Source: Eledone cirrhosa
Lineage: Eukaryota
NCBI GenBank assembly: GCA_964016885.1
Contig: OZ024743.1
Location: 315,518,001-315,582,000, forward strand
Length of the DNA stretch: 64,000 nt
Direction of reading: 5' to 3'
Positions 1 through 14,229 of this stretch are shown here, in pieces. Position 1 is the first letter of the stretch. Every line of letters starts with the position of its first letter. The translations under genes were made by a program, and so were the position numbers. The notes under the pieces are model-generated. The model made no database searches, had not been told where the DNA came from, and saw only the letters and a program-made list of their open reading frames with translations.

Positions 1-881
1 CGATCTGTACTACTGGGGTTGTACCCTTTAAGGGTAAGGAGCCCATCATCACGGTACAATCCACCACCGAATGCAGGAAACATATCAGTGAGTTTGGCTA
101 TTAGGAATAATCCTATAAGATCTGTGACCTCCGCCGAATCCGTGGCGCCCATGCTGACGTCGAAGGGTGAGTCGGGAGCTCTTTTTATCCATTTAGAGTC
201 GTCAAAGAGTAAGACTGTCTTCCTGGCGTGGAGGATGATTTTTCTTTCCTGGTCGGTGATGGGCACAAGTGTTTCGGCGAAGTCCAAGGCGGCAGTAAGT
301 AGCGGTAAGGTGATTGAAGCATAGTAGCTCTCTATGTCGAACTGTATGAATTTAGTGTCTCGTTTATCTTCCATATTGCTGAACCATGAGATTACTTCCT
401 GGGTGTTGATCCATAGGCTAAGTCGGGCGTGTTGCTTGACTTTTGGTATCACGCGGTCTAGGATTTTTTTGCTGATTCTCCCTATGTCGGACTTCGTTGG
501 GTTAATAAGCCTGATAGAGGGTTTACGGTCAAAATCGGATTTATGGTCCTTCAGTGTGAAGTATGGTGTCCGTGGGTCTAGAGGTTCCGTGCGGTCGGCG
601 ACCCCGAGGCTGGAGGTAATTTGTTGTCCATCTCGATTTATGTCCTCGATGCAAGAGTGGTTGGCCTTTTTATACACTTTGATCATATATGGAATTACCC
701 CTTGAGAAGATCGGCTATTTAAATACCAGGATAAATTTTCATTTAGTCCAGAATTAGCCGTCGAAACGGCTTGAGCTCAGCTGTCGGGGTCTTACTGGTT
801 CCTATTACCCACTCTACTACCCCAAGTATTGAGTACTTTAGTGCGTTATGGTCCACCTGGTTCCTTACCACATTTCCTTCG

Positions 882-882
<1 letters not shown>
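1..882 (-). mobile_element. Penelope-like element (Hydra-clade-like): RT fragment running off the window start, plus inverted pseudo-LTR at ~691-882
   Basis: Minus strand translates as ...YFTLKDHK...RLINPTKSDIGRISKKILD...FIQFDIESYYASI...FDVSMGATDSAEVTDLIGLFL...GGGLYRDDGLL. It is closely similar to 19010-19215. It is followed by an oppositely oriented HHR-bearing terminal repeat ending in (TA)n. Confidence 0.9.
697..790 (+). ncRNA. Type I hammerhead ribozyme, U3-A8 core variant (family A)
   Basis: ACCCC | TTGAGAA | stem II GATCGGCTA...TAGCCGTC | GAAA | stem III CGGCT-TGAGCTC-AGCTG | TC | GGGGT. Confidence 0.75.
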
Positions 883-926
<44 letters not shown>

Positions 927-1029
927 CATATATGATGGCTGCCCCCTCGTTATCGAGTATGGCCATTGCACGAGGAGAAAAAATATATTAATAAATAAAT
1001 CAAAAATAAAATAAAATAAAAAAAAAGAA

Positions 1030-1063
<34 letters not shown>

Positions 1064-1251
1064 ATATACATATATACAAACATAATATATACATACACAC
1101 ATAAACATTAATAACAATAATAATAATAATAACAACAACAACAATAATAATAACGACAACAACAACAATAATAATATACATATACATATATATATACACA
1201 CACACGCGCACACATAAACATATCTATACACACCAACACACACGATAGCAA

Positions 1252-1556
1252 CTAACAGCGCTGCGATCGAATGTGGCTTTTTAGCCCAGCCAATGATCTA
1301 AAATGTCTTGCACAGAGTCGGCAACCAAAACATTCACTGGGAATAGTCGGCTGTGGTTGGAGTTCGTGTACTTTTGCATGTCGTTTGAGCCCTCCTGGTG
1401 ATTTACATTCTCTACCACATGCTTGGCAAGCATGATGAGTAGCATCTCCAACAGCAGCCTGGTAGTCAACCACTGGTCTTACTTTATGACTGCGAAGATG
1501 ACTTTCGAGTCCAGCTTTGCTTAGGCAGAGTCTCGCACAGACGCTGTATGTCAGCA
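1252..1556 (-). mobile_element. 3' fragment of a LINE (RTE-like) ORF with three C2H2-type zinc fingers
   Basis: CARLCLSKAGLESHLRSH, CQACGRECKSPGGLKRHAKVH, CRLCARHFRSLAGLKSHIRS. The 'CxxC...SxxGLxSH' type is typical of RTE C-termini. No TGEKPY linkers. Flanked by microsatellites. Confidence 0.55.
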
Positions 1557-1749
1557 CCATATATATATATATACACACACATTAATTGGATTAGATGCGT
1601 AGTTGATGCGTAGTTGATCATTTAAGACCGAGAGATATGTTCAAAGCTCGAATGTGATTTTATTATTCACAGTAAGATAGGCATAAGGCAGTTTAATCCA
1701 ATTTATAAATTTCCAGTCATAGGAGTTTTATAACATCACAGAGCATATA

Positions 1750-2000
1750 TAAAATAAATAAATAAACAACCAAGGTTTTATACATTATTTAAATGACTTA
1801 CCCGCATTTCTTTCAAATACAATAATCTTTTTATTGAAACCTTCAGAATCATTAAATAATAGGCATTACATGTATTAGTCAATGATTCTGAAGATTTCAA
1901 TAAAAAGGATTAAAATATGACTTCCTTCTGTATTTGAAAGAAACGCGTGTACATCAATTAAGTAATGTATTACACCTTGGTTATTTATTTATTCTTCATG
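1750..2000. mobile_element. Fold-back pseudo-LTR remnant with HHR-like motif in each arm (+1881-1960, -1791-1853)
   Basis: Imperfect inverted repeat centred ~1868. Two-arm consensus is AATGATT CTGAAG(A/G) TTTCAA...TTGAAA GAAA CGCGTG TA AGTCATT. Confidence 0.6.
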
Positions 2001-2521
2001 TAGACTCGTGTCTGTGGGTCTACGTGTTAACATATATCTGAGGAGCTTCCGATTTCAGAGTCAGGTTCGATCATTAATAGATCGTTCCTCGAGCTGATCG
2101 ACAGTGTAACAAATGTAATATGTAATTAAATATGTATATGATGCAACACTGATTCTTTGTTCCCCTTATATATTAATATTGTTGATATTCTGGTCCCCAA
2201 AAGCATAGAGTGCCATCGGCACACCGCCCACGAACGCAATTAATTTTCAGCTTTAATTTCTATATGTATATATATATCTATATCTATATATATATATATA
2301 TAAATGTATATATATATATATATAAAGTGAAGAATAACATGGTCAACGGTTTCAGATAGCCATTAGATATCCACTTTTCTAAAAAATAAATCATACATAA
2401 AACGCCAGCACCAACAGTTTTGCAAGAGATGTCAACATGAATGGACCTGTTAATTTTATCTATAGATATTTTTCCAATTCCATCCCGCCCGTCCCCTTAA
2501 TCTATCTTGTTTCTCATTCTT

Positions 2522-2556
2522 TCTTCTGGTGAAGGACTAGCGTCCGAAACATTAAG
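2522..2556 (+). ncRNA. Degenerate minimal hammerhead motif
   Basis: TCTT CTGGTGA AGGAC-TAGC-GTCC GAAA CATTAAGA. One core mismatch and an imperfect stem III. Confidence 0.5.
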
Positions 2557-2661
2557 ACCCTCTTCCCGCTATATCAAGCGTTAACCTAATATATACCTTC
2601 CATATACTGTACCGATTGTGTTGTTATTTCTGTTTACCTTTTACATATATATATACATATA

Positions 2662-2740
<79 letters not shown>

Positions 2741-2743
<3 letters not shown>

Positions 2744-3186
2744 TATGTATACGTACATACATATATGTATACAGACGTACAGTAGTATGTATATATATAT
2801 ATATATATATACATACATGCACACATATATACAGTACGTACGGATTTACCGAAAATTTATTATAATGCTCGGTGTGTTTGTAAACAAACATCTCGAATTA
2901 AGCCGTACAGTGTCTAGCAACCATCGTTGCTCATTTGTTCAACCCTGACAAAGGAACGCTGTACTAGTTTCAAGCTTATTAGCTATCGTCAGCAACGTAT
3001 ACCTTCCTGCCAGATGATTGAACGTCTGAAAGTATATACTTTCCTTATGCATATTAACGGCTGAGCAGCTTAATTTGCATATCGAGTGAGTTAGTCGGCG
3101 GGGTTACCGAAAACGATAAACGGAAAAAATGAAACGAAATTTTTCATTTCTCACTCTTAGTACGGCTGTTACTTAAATATAAGTAT
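2741..3186 (-). mobile_element. ~465-bp retrozyme-like non-autonomous element (family B), HHR at 2956-2998 (-)
   Basis: Homologous to 13178-13749, 16770-17137 and 55545-55925. Minus strand has CTGACGA TAGCT-AATA-AGCTT GAAA CTAG TA. Confidence 0.8.
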
Positions 3187-3223
3187 TCAAGTCATTAGAA
3201 ATATACTTCACTGCTTTACGATC

Positions 3224-3363
3224 ATTGCTTTTGACAACAGCTGGTGATATGCATGAAAGTAAATATTTTCCTTATCTGATATTTTGTAACTAACCTTACA
3301 TAGATCGATAACGAAGTATGGTCACGATGTATTATCATCACCTAGAAACGATCGTAAAGCAGT
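3224..3363 (+). ncRNA. Hammerhead candidate, U3-A8 core with long stem II (family C), inside a short fold-back at 3185-3389
   Basis: ATTGCTT | TTGACAA | ...GGTGAT...ATCACC.. | GAAA | CGATCG | TA | AAGCAGT. Confidence 0.55.
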
Positions 3364-4031
3364 GAAGTGTATTACTAATGACTTGAATTTTTATTTCATT
3401 GTTTTAACTTATATCATGACTCTGTTTTCCTTTTAATGTGTTATTGTTTTCCGGGATTTATTTTAAGCTACACCATTTTCAACATATGGATTACATTGAG
3501 TTCTTCATGCAGACTGGACCCCACAACTTACCGTGGATATCTCTGTGTATATATATATATATATTATACTCGCATATAATTTTATTTTATTTAGAATTAA
3601 CGTTTACTGAGCTACTTCTGTTTCAATTCTGTTTCATTCAAGGATGAAATCATTTGAAATTACTTTCTGGTGATTCCTCCGACCTGTGAAAGTGAATGAA
3701 CTCTGGGTGATGCACTCAGTACCATACTTTAATTGAGATTCCCTTTCATTTTTACCAGAACACTCACACAGTTATAGTCCAGCCAAATTGCTCAATGGAT
3801 GTGTATCTATATCATAAAACATTTTTTTAATATACGCAATGCGTGTGAGGATATATGTACGTGTATTTATGAATGTATAAATTTATATATGTACACACAC
3901 ATTTGTTTACAGTGCATGTGTGTAAACTCAAAATATATAAACATGGAACCGAAAATGTATATTTAGCCATGCATATTTAAACTGCAATGTTTATACATAT
4001 GCATATATATATATATATGTACACACACACA

Positions 4032-5563
<1,532 letters not shown>

Positions 5564-5577
5564 TATATATTTATATA

Positions 5578-6393
5578 TACAAATATAAATTAGCGAGAAT
5601 CGTATTTCAGCTCAGGAATTAACGAAAATCAACGTCCGATATGTGTGGCAAGCGCTCGATGATTCATGTGAATCAGAGCTACAACATACGTTAAGGGCCA
5701 AACACACTGAGATGATGGTTAAACAGATCATTCGCACAGCCAAAACAAACGACCAAGTAATTCGGGTCAAACAATAAAAATATATGTGTTGATAATTTAC
5801 CCGGACCCTGGACTGGTGGTAAAATCCAGTATTTGGTTTCTGCGACTCCAAAATCAGGTACTGTCCGCCTACATAAAGAATGTTGGGCTTCTGGTAAGAT
5901 GATTGAACAAGGAAGAAGTGTTATCAACGGGTTTTTGCCCCAAAATGCTATACATAAGTGTGGCTATTGCTGACCCCACGTGGAGTTCAGCAAGGGAGGC
6001 AACACCTATAATAGGCGAATGATTCAGTTGTGTATAATATTGCGAGAATGCAAAATATCACAAATCGAATAAAGCTCTCGACAGAATGGTTAAATATAAC
6101 AAAGCTATTCAACAGTCAATAGAAGCGACTAAAAAAATCAGTAAAATTAACTGCTCAATAATCTGGAGATTAATACAAATATAAATTAGCGAGAATCGTA
6201 TTTCAGCTCAGGAATTAACGAAAATCAACGTCCGATATGTATGGCAAGCGCTCGATGATTCATGTGAATCAGAGCTACAACATACGTTAAGGGCCAAATA
6301 CACTGAGATGATGGTTAAACAGATAATCCGCACAGCCAAAACAAACGACCAAGTAATTCGGGTCAAACAATAAAAATATGTGTTGATAATTTA
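5578..6393. repeat. ~596-bp unit present as a ~1.4-mer tandem between (TA)n tracts
   Basis: 5578-5800 is repeated at 6174-6393 nearly identically. Confidence 0.85.
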
Positions 6394-6451
6394 TATATAA
6401 ATATATATATATATATTTATTAAAATAACAGATTGCTATATATATATGTGT

Positions 6452-6590
<139 letters not shown>

Positions 6591-6793
6591 CGTGTGTGTG
6601 TGTGTATATATATATAATTATAAGTGGGAAGAGCAAGGGGTATGCGTGTGTGAGTAGAATTACCGTATATATATAATGTACCATTCACACCCACCGGCTC
6701 GCTCATACAACTATACATCTTTCTCATTCTTTTTCTCTCCTCCCCAATATATATATATATATATATACACATGCATGAAGCTGTGTGCTTGTG

Positions 6794-6825
<32 letters not shown>

Positions 6826-7135
6826 CGAGAGAGAGAGATGGAGACAGTGTATACGTGTCTGTGTGCTTGTGCATGTATTTGTATGAGTGTTTGAAAGTAG
6901 CGTGTGCGTGTGTTCATATGTGTGTAGAATCAGGCCGTGATAGGTAAGCACCTGCTTATAATGCACTGCTCTTTCGACATGTGTTATATTTCAACCTTCG
7001 TATTACCTTAGTTATGTATTTTATCTAATCTTTATCGTAGTTAAAATGGTTTATCTCACTACATAACTACTGTGTAGTCTGTAGTCTGACCCGCTAACAG
7101 ATCTATATAATATATATTTATATATATATATATAC

Positions 7136-7245
<110 letters not shown>

Positions 7246-8439
7246 GTGTGTGTGTGTGTGTGTGCGTGCGTGTGTGTGTGTGCGCGTGGGGGGGGGGGGT
7301 AAATGTGGGTGTGCGTGCGTGTTTGTTTTTGTAGGAAGCAAAATTTACACCCGAGTATAACAACCAGGCAGTGGACAGAAAATGATGTGTTTGGTAGAAG
7401 ATAGGTTTTATTAGAGGTTTTACTCCCTTGTTTCGCCTTTCACACTCCCTCGATTGAAATTATCGACTACCCAGGTGAAATATGCATGGAAATTAAAAGA
7501 CAGAAGTATACTCTATAAACTAAAGTAGAGAATGCTAGCAAAGCCTAAACAATATATCAGCGGATCGAAGCGGTGCAGATTTTGTACCAGTAAGAAAACC
7601 AGAAGTCTCCGGAATTTAAAATCCTCTAAACAATACTTCAACTCTAAAATGAGATTTTCATGATCCCTTTACATTTAAAAGATAGTTACTCTCTTCCTAG
7701 AAACACCAGTCCCCAGATCTACAGCCAGCAAAGCTAAACGGACAACAAGGTCGGAGATTATATAGGGTGGCTGATTCGTGAAAGCAATTTGCAGCTTATC
7801 TGTACATCCCGAAAACCCACACACTTCTAAGTTTTTTGTATAATCACAGAACAAATAAATGCGAATTTTTAAATCATACATCATTTTATTCGAACTTTGC
7901 TTGAACGAGAATGTTCACATTTGGCAGTTTTCCCAATGGGATTAGGTAAATCTAGAAATATCATTATCATGGTCATGAAAGCAAAGTTTGAAGGAAAAAT
8001 TAGCCATTTTCCATACTTTCTAGGCATAAGCAAATAGAAAATAACAGTTGCTACCCAAGGACAAAAATTGTGTTAAATAGTGCTATTGCATAGGATCCAC
8101 GTTTAATCAAATTTTGGGGGCAAAAAGATGCGAATGGCTGAATTCATAATGGCGATTTCATTGGTTTTCGTTCAATTTGTGTTGCACCCATTTTTCAAGC
8201 TTGTTCGATTTTTCACTTCGGTTACTATGTTCAGAAATTGTTCCAAAGCTTACATCTAGCTCTCCTGCAAGCGCTTGAATAGAAATGAGATGACTTACTT
8301 CCCCAAAAAGTGTATATCCCAGTCCAGAATAAATTCGTTTATTCCAGCAAGTAAGAAGCTCTGGTTACTTTAAATTCTTTTACGACTATATCAATTTGCT
8401 GCCTGTTTGTGAGTGAATCCGCAAATTGTTTTAAAGGAA

Positions 8440-8890
8440 GGAATGGTTGTACTTTGGTTCAGCGATGAGTGTTCCAGTTGCTCGATCAACGAAATAACTT
8501 GTTTATAGATTAACATGTAAGTGATTGAGCATTCTACAGACACGTATGGCCTTAACGCAATTCTTAGTGATATTCAGTGCGACACGTATGACAAGTCTAG
8601 CCATTTGATTTACAGATGTACTCCATCTTGTATTATGATGTGAATGGCTGAACATTCCAGAAACACTTTTACCTTTAACGTAATTTCTAAGGAGATTAAG
8701 TGTAACTGGATGTGTGACAAAACTTATCCAGTGTACCTGATGGCCTTTACAACAGTTTCTGTCTGCCCAATGTCACTCAGAAGATTTACGTCGACCTGAG
8801 ACTGTAGTAAATGACATTTCACCTAGATGCCACGCATTTGAATCAAACCCGAGATATTATGTTCGTGAAGCGTACTTCTTAACCACTCTA
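8440..8890 (-). mobile_element. Degraded SINE(s); related copy at ~10640-10990
   Basis: Shared motifs aacgtaattc..gagattcag.gtgaca..gtgtgacaa and ...gccacgca...gaatc(g)aacccgag recur at 10640-10990. Confidence 0.55.
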
Positions 8891-9309
8891 TTACATATTT
8901 AGAACACGTCTGCCATTTGAGAATATCCCCCTACGTGCCTTCACTCGTCGACTGTCTTGGCAGTCCCCAAAATATCGTACACTCGGCCCTTGCCTCCCTC
9001 ACTAAAAGGTAAGGGAAAAGAGAAACACAAACGAAGTGTCCAAATGGATTGTTTACCATCGAATTATTTTTTCGTTAGTTAATATAGATTTGTAGATGAC
9101 CAATGTGCCACGCTATGGGATCGAACCGGGAATCTAATGAATAAGAAGCAAACTATTTATCATTCCGCCTTGCTTCATTTAGACCTCTATTTGTATTCCA
9201 CATTTCATGAAAAAAAATGAAAGGACGCTAATCATCAGATCTGACCAACGAAATAGTGTTTACACTAATCATTCCATCGCTGATACTATCTGCTGGTCGC
9301 AACACCTGA

Positions 9310-9550
9310 CAGGAAGCATGATTTGAACTCAGAACGCACTGAGCTAGATCAGATACTGCAAATTATATCATCCATCAGTTAAACAGTTCCGCCTATACAT
9401 CACACTATGGTTGGTGCTTTATTCATCAATTCTTAAAGAATGAAACGTAAAGTAAACCTTGGCGGGATTTGAACTCAAAGCACAGAGAGCCAGAGCAAAT
9501 ACTAATGTATTTAATACGGCACTCTTACGACTCTGCCAATTCGCTGTCTA
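9310..9550 (-). mobile_element. Octopus-type tRNA-derived SINE fragments
   Basis: gatttgaactca(g/a)a B-box complement twice; aaagtaaaccttggcgggatttgaactc matches the SINE copies elsewhere in the window. Confidence 0.65.
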
Positions 9551-10059
9551 TGAGGAAAGTTTTAAAGGTTTCTTTATGAAAGCCAAACGTTGTTATCTTC
9601 ACATTTAAGCTACTATGTTTATAAGCTAAGTTCAGTGTGGCAGGAATCCAGACATACGAATATAAACACAACGTGAGATAGTCTCAATATTCCACATAGA
9701 CATGTAAGATGTCAAACAATGTATGAAATTAAAGTGTTAACTGGTTGAAACAAGGAATTGGTGTTGGTGACTCACGGGCAAGATCGGTACTACCATCAAA
9801 GCCAACTAGGCAAAGGCGTCGGGCGCAGAACTCAGAGAGACGCATTAATGAACATTAAAGCATCACAGTTTTATACCAATATGTTTTATTAAATTAGATA
9901 TATAATCATTTCTTGCGATCAATAAATAAATGACTAAACATTATTGCCGCATAGCAGCGTTGTGGAAATATCCAAAGTGGTGATGAATTACTTGTCATAT
10001 GATTTGGTATGGATGTGTGTGTACTGTGCAGTAATAGTTATAGTGTGGTCAGAGCAAGA

Positions 10060-10480
10060 ATTATCAAAATTAATTTTAAGTGTAAGTTGAAGTCTGTATT
10101 CCTGTGAATCATGGTTCGTAACGATACCTATCGCCGAAGCTTTAGATGGTTGCTACACACAAATGCTAAGAAGGACAAAAAACAGCAAGAATCTTGACCG
10201 CGTTACAAACAAAATTCTCTACGGCAACCTCACGCTCATTAGCCATACCAACCATATCAGGTGTCTTCAACTTGCTGGTCATGTCATGAGAGGCAACGAA
10301 CTTGCTACAAATGTGAAACACAAACTTAGAAGACCTCTCAAGTCATTAAAAAGAGTAATTGAGGAAGATATAGAACTATCTGGTGATGAACTGAGCACGT
10401 TAATGTTTGGTCGTATAAGATGGAAAGATATAATTATATTACCACAAAGATGTGAATGAATTTAGAAGTAGTAGTAGTTA
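10060..10480 (+). mobile_element. RTE-clade LINE 3' fragment
   Basis: LYSCESW...ALDGCYTQMLRR...RCLQLAGHVMR...GRIRWKDII, followed by a short (AGT)n tail. Confidence 0.75.
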
Positions 10481-11415
10481 GTAAGTTTTAAATATTTCAT
10501 TACAGAGAATGGGGTACTTAGCTGAGAGAAGGGGGTTATATAATGTACAGCTAGAATAGAATGCTAAATATGCAAGTTTTGTTCACACGCAACAAAATGT
10601 TATGGGTGCGAGATATAAAGTATTATTTTCATATTCCAGTTCAACAGAACAAGCTGCGCGTGAAATCAACCTGCAAGTGGATGAGTATTCTCCAGACACG
10701 TTCACCCATAGGACCATCGTGCCACAGCATGTGTGATACACCTGGCTGAACATTCCACAGGTACGTGTAGCTTTAACGTAGATCTCAGCTGGAATTAGCA
10801 CGACAAAATATATGACTAGACTGGATCTTTTAAATACACTCCAGCCGACTGGTATCCGAAAATTTACCCACTTCTACCCATAAGGCTTGCGTTGATTTGA
10901 GGTTTAGAAAGGACACATGCCCATGCATTTGCATCGAAAACGGGACCTCATGATTGCCAAGTGAATTCCTTAAGCATTGGGCTATTGCACGTTTATTATT
11001 TCTATATCATGTTCCCATATTCACATAGTCACATATTCGTGTAGTCATATTCTCTAGCCAAACAACAAACAAAAGCGAGTGTAGGTGTTTGGCGTTGTTT
11101 GTGTAGGAGAGGATAGTTGAATGTGAGTATGAGTGATTTAGTTTCTTAGTAAAACTCATTAGTATTCCAATATATTCCAATATATATATATATATAATAA
11201 CTAGAAATTGATTAACATATAAATAAACATGAATAATCACAGGAGATAATTTTTACAAGTGTGTAAGCACTTTACAGGAGATAATTTTTACAAGTGTGTA
11301 AGCGTTCGTTAGAATCTTTGAGCTTATTTTGCGGGTGATATGGCGCATGTCTTTCTGGCATGACACCCATAATTTTGATTATCTTAATTTTGGATATAGA
11401 TATAGATATATATAA

Positions 11416-11448
<33 letters not shown>

Positions 11449-11557
11449 CGTAGTTATCTTACGTAATTCAGATAATAAACATCTGCCCACATCATACATA
11501 CGTACAGAGATATATGTTACCTTCGCACACCTTATGTATTTATATATACATGCATAC

Positions 11558-11598
<41 letters not shown>

Positions 11599-11626
11599 CA
11601 CACACACATATATATTTATATATACA

Positions 11627-11668
<42 letters not shown>

Positions 11669-12018
11669 CATATATAGATACATTGTTACCTTCACACGTT
11701 TATATATGTATGTATATAAATATATACATATGTATATATGTATATGTGTGTGTTTGTCTGTGTGTTAATATATATTATAATATTATAATACACATGTGTA
11801 TTATATCTTTTGAATGAAACAGTTCTAGTCCTCTAGGAGCCTTTTCTATATTAAACTTAATGTTTATATTCTACTAATGTATTGAATACCTTACTAACTG
11901 TGGTTACCTCCAATTGACTCCGGCCGGGACTCACACATACACACAAACACACACACACAGACACACACACACACGCACACACACGCACACACGCACACAC
12001 ACACACACATACAGACAG

Positions 12019-12067
<49 letters not shown>

Positions 12068-12099
12068 GAGGAAGATAGGAAGATAGACAGTTATATATG

Positions 12100-12395
12100 T
12101 ACATCTTATTATATAATCCTGTTATACGTATTTCGAAGACGTCAACGTGATTGTATAATAAATCTTTGACGTGTTCTCTTCAGGCAGGTGCAAGGTTGTA
12201 ATGTTTTTGTTTTTGATATGCTTCTCGTGTGGACTACTACCAACATTTTCCTATTTACAGTTGCATATTAAAAACAAAAACACAGCAACTTTGCACCTGT
12301 CTGAAGAGAATACTTCAAAGAGTGATTATGCTATCACTTTGAAGTCTTCGAAATAAGTATAACAGGATTATAAAATAAACAGAGGATGTACATAT
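12100..12395. mobile_element. Fold-back pseudo-LTR (family E) with two HHRs: -12118-12188 and +12296-12366
   Basis: CCTGT CTGAAGA GAATACTTCAAAG..hairpin..TTTGAAGTCTTC GAAA TA(C/A)GTA TA ACAGG in both arms. Confidence 0.8.
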
Positions 12396-12418
12396 GTTAT
12401 TTCAATCTATATGTTGTG

Positions 12419-12506
<88 letters not shown>

Positions 12507-13177
12507 ACACACACATCAGTGTGTGGTGCATTTACTTCTACAATCTCTAAAATGTGTAGAACTCAGTAATTGTAAAGTAAGCATTTATTGAGCAAATTGA
12601 AGATCAATATAGTAACTAGAAGACCCACCTTAGAGGTAGGTTTCTAGACTTGGGATCATAGTACATCAATAACAACATCAACATTTTGAAAAAATATATA
12701 TCAATAACGCTGCAAAATGTTTTCCAAATCCGTTAGATTTTGCCTTAAAAACCCTTCTAACGCCGAGGAAGGATACACTCCATCAAATGAGCAATGTTTG
12801 ATAATGTACAGACAAATCTAATAGTTAATATATATATACGACTTTAATACAACGTGTTGATTGCTTATTTCATTCTCATATGCCCACACCTGACTTTCTG
12901 TATATATATATATATGTGTGTGTATGCGTGTGTGAGAGAGAGAGAGAGAGAGAGTGTGTGTGTGTGTTATATTAAGTGTTTCCAAAGGAAATGTAAAGGA
13001 AAGGAGAGTGCTCTATGTCGGCTACAGAGCTATTTACTTATATAATAAACAACATAAAACAATTATGAACGATTTCAGACGGCTGTGTCGCGCTCGTCTG
13101 GCTTCGTGAAACATTTGGTAAATGGAATAATTGTCTTATGTTGTTTATTACATAACTATATATATATATATATATAT

Positions 13178-13749
13178 AAGTTGTAATATAATGAAACGAA
13201 ATTTCATTTCTCACTCTTATTACGGCACTTACTTAAATGTAAGTATGTATGTATACGTACATACATATATGTATACAGACGTACAGTAGCATGCATATAT
13301 ATATATATATATATACATATATATACATACAGGTACACATATATATATGTACGTATCAGTTTAGCGAACGTTTATTATAACGCCCGCTTTGTCCGTTTGT
13401 AAACAAGCGGACAGCCTGATTTATGCCATACGGTGTTAAGGCAACCACGTCACCTTTTTGTTCAACACTGACACAGGAACGATGTACTAGTTTCAAGCTT
13501 CTTAGCTATCATCAGCACCGTATACCCTTCTGCCAGATAGTTGAACGTTCGAAAGTATATACTTTCCTTATGAAAATTAACGGCTGAGCAGCCTAATTTG
13601 CATATCGAGTGAGTTCAGTCGGCCAGGCGTACCGAAAACGATAAGTTGTAATATAATGAAACGAAATTTCATTTCTCACTCTTAGTACGGCACTTACTTA
13701 AATGTAAGTATGTATGTATACGTACATACATATATGTATACAGACGTAC
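13178..13749 (-). mobile_element. Family B retrozyme-like element, 465-bp unit with ~107-bp direct terminal repeat; HHR at 13479-13521 (-)
   Basis: aagttgtaatataatgaaacg... at 13178 and 13643. Minus strand has ACGGTG CTGATGA TAGCT-AAGA-AGCTT GAAA CTAG TA CATCGT. Flanked by (TA)n. Confidence 0.85.
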
Positions 13750-14111
13750 ATATATATATCTAGTGTGTCGAAAGAGAGCAGTCGACAGAGCAGCTGTCTA
13801 GACACAGGCACGAACGATCGTAACATCATTTGCTACATCTATTTATCGTTGTTGATTTACTTCAAAACTGATTTCGTTAGTTTAGAAAGGTGTCATGTTA
13901 CAAACCTGGCAACTTATTTGGGGTTATTATAAAGGTTTCTATAAACAATGATTCATATACACAGATTAGATATATATACCTACATATATACATACATACA
14001 TACACACATACATACATACATGCATATATGTGTATGTGTGTGTATATATATATATATATGTATGTATGTATATATATATATGTGTGTGTGTGTGTGTATG
14101 TTTGTATATAC

Positions 14112-14143
<32 letters not shown>

Positions 14144-14229
14144 ATGTTTGTATATATATATATAAATATATATAAGTGTGTGTGTGTGTGTGTGCGTGTG
14201 TGTGTCTGCATGTGTGTCTGTGTATGTAT

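Noticed and set aside
19-705. Plus-strand ORFs 19-324 and 334-705 (also 18933-19274 and 38605-39072)
   Set aside because: They are antisense shadows of PLE coding frames.
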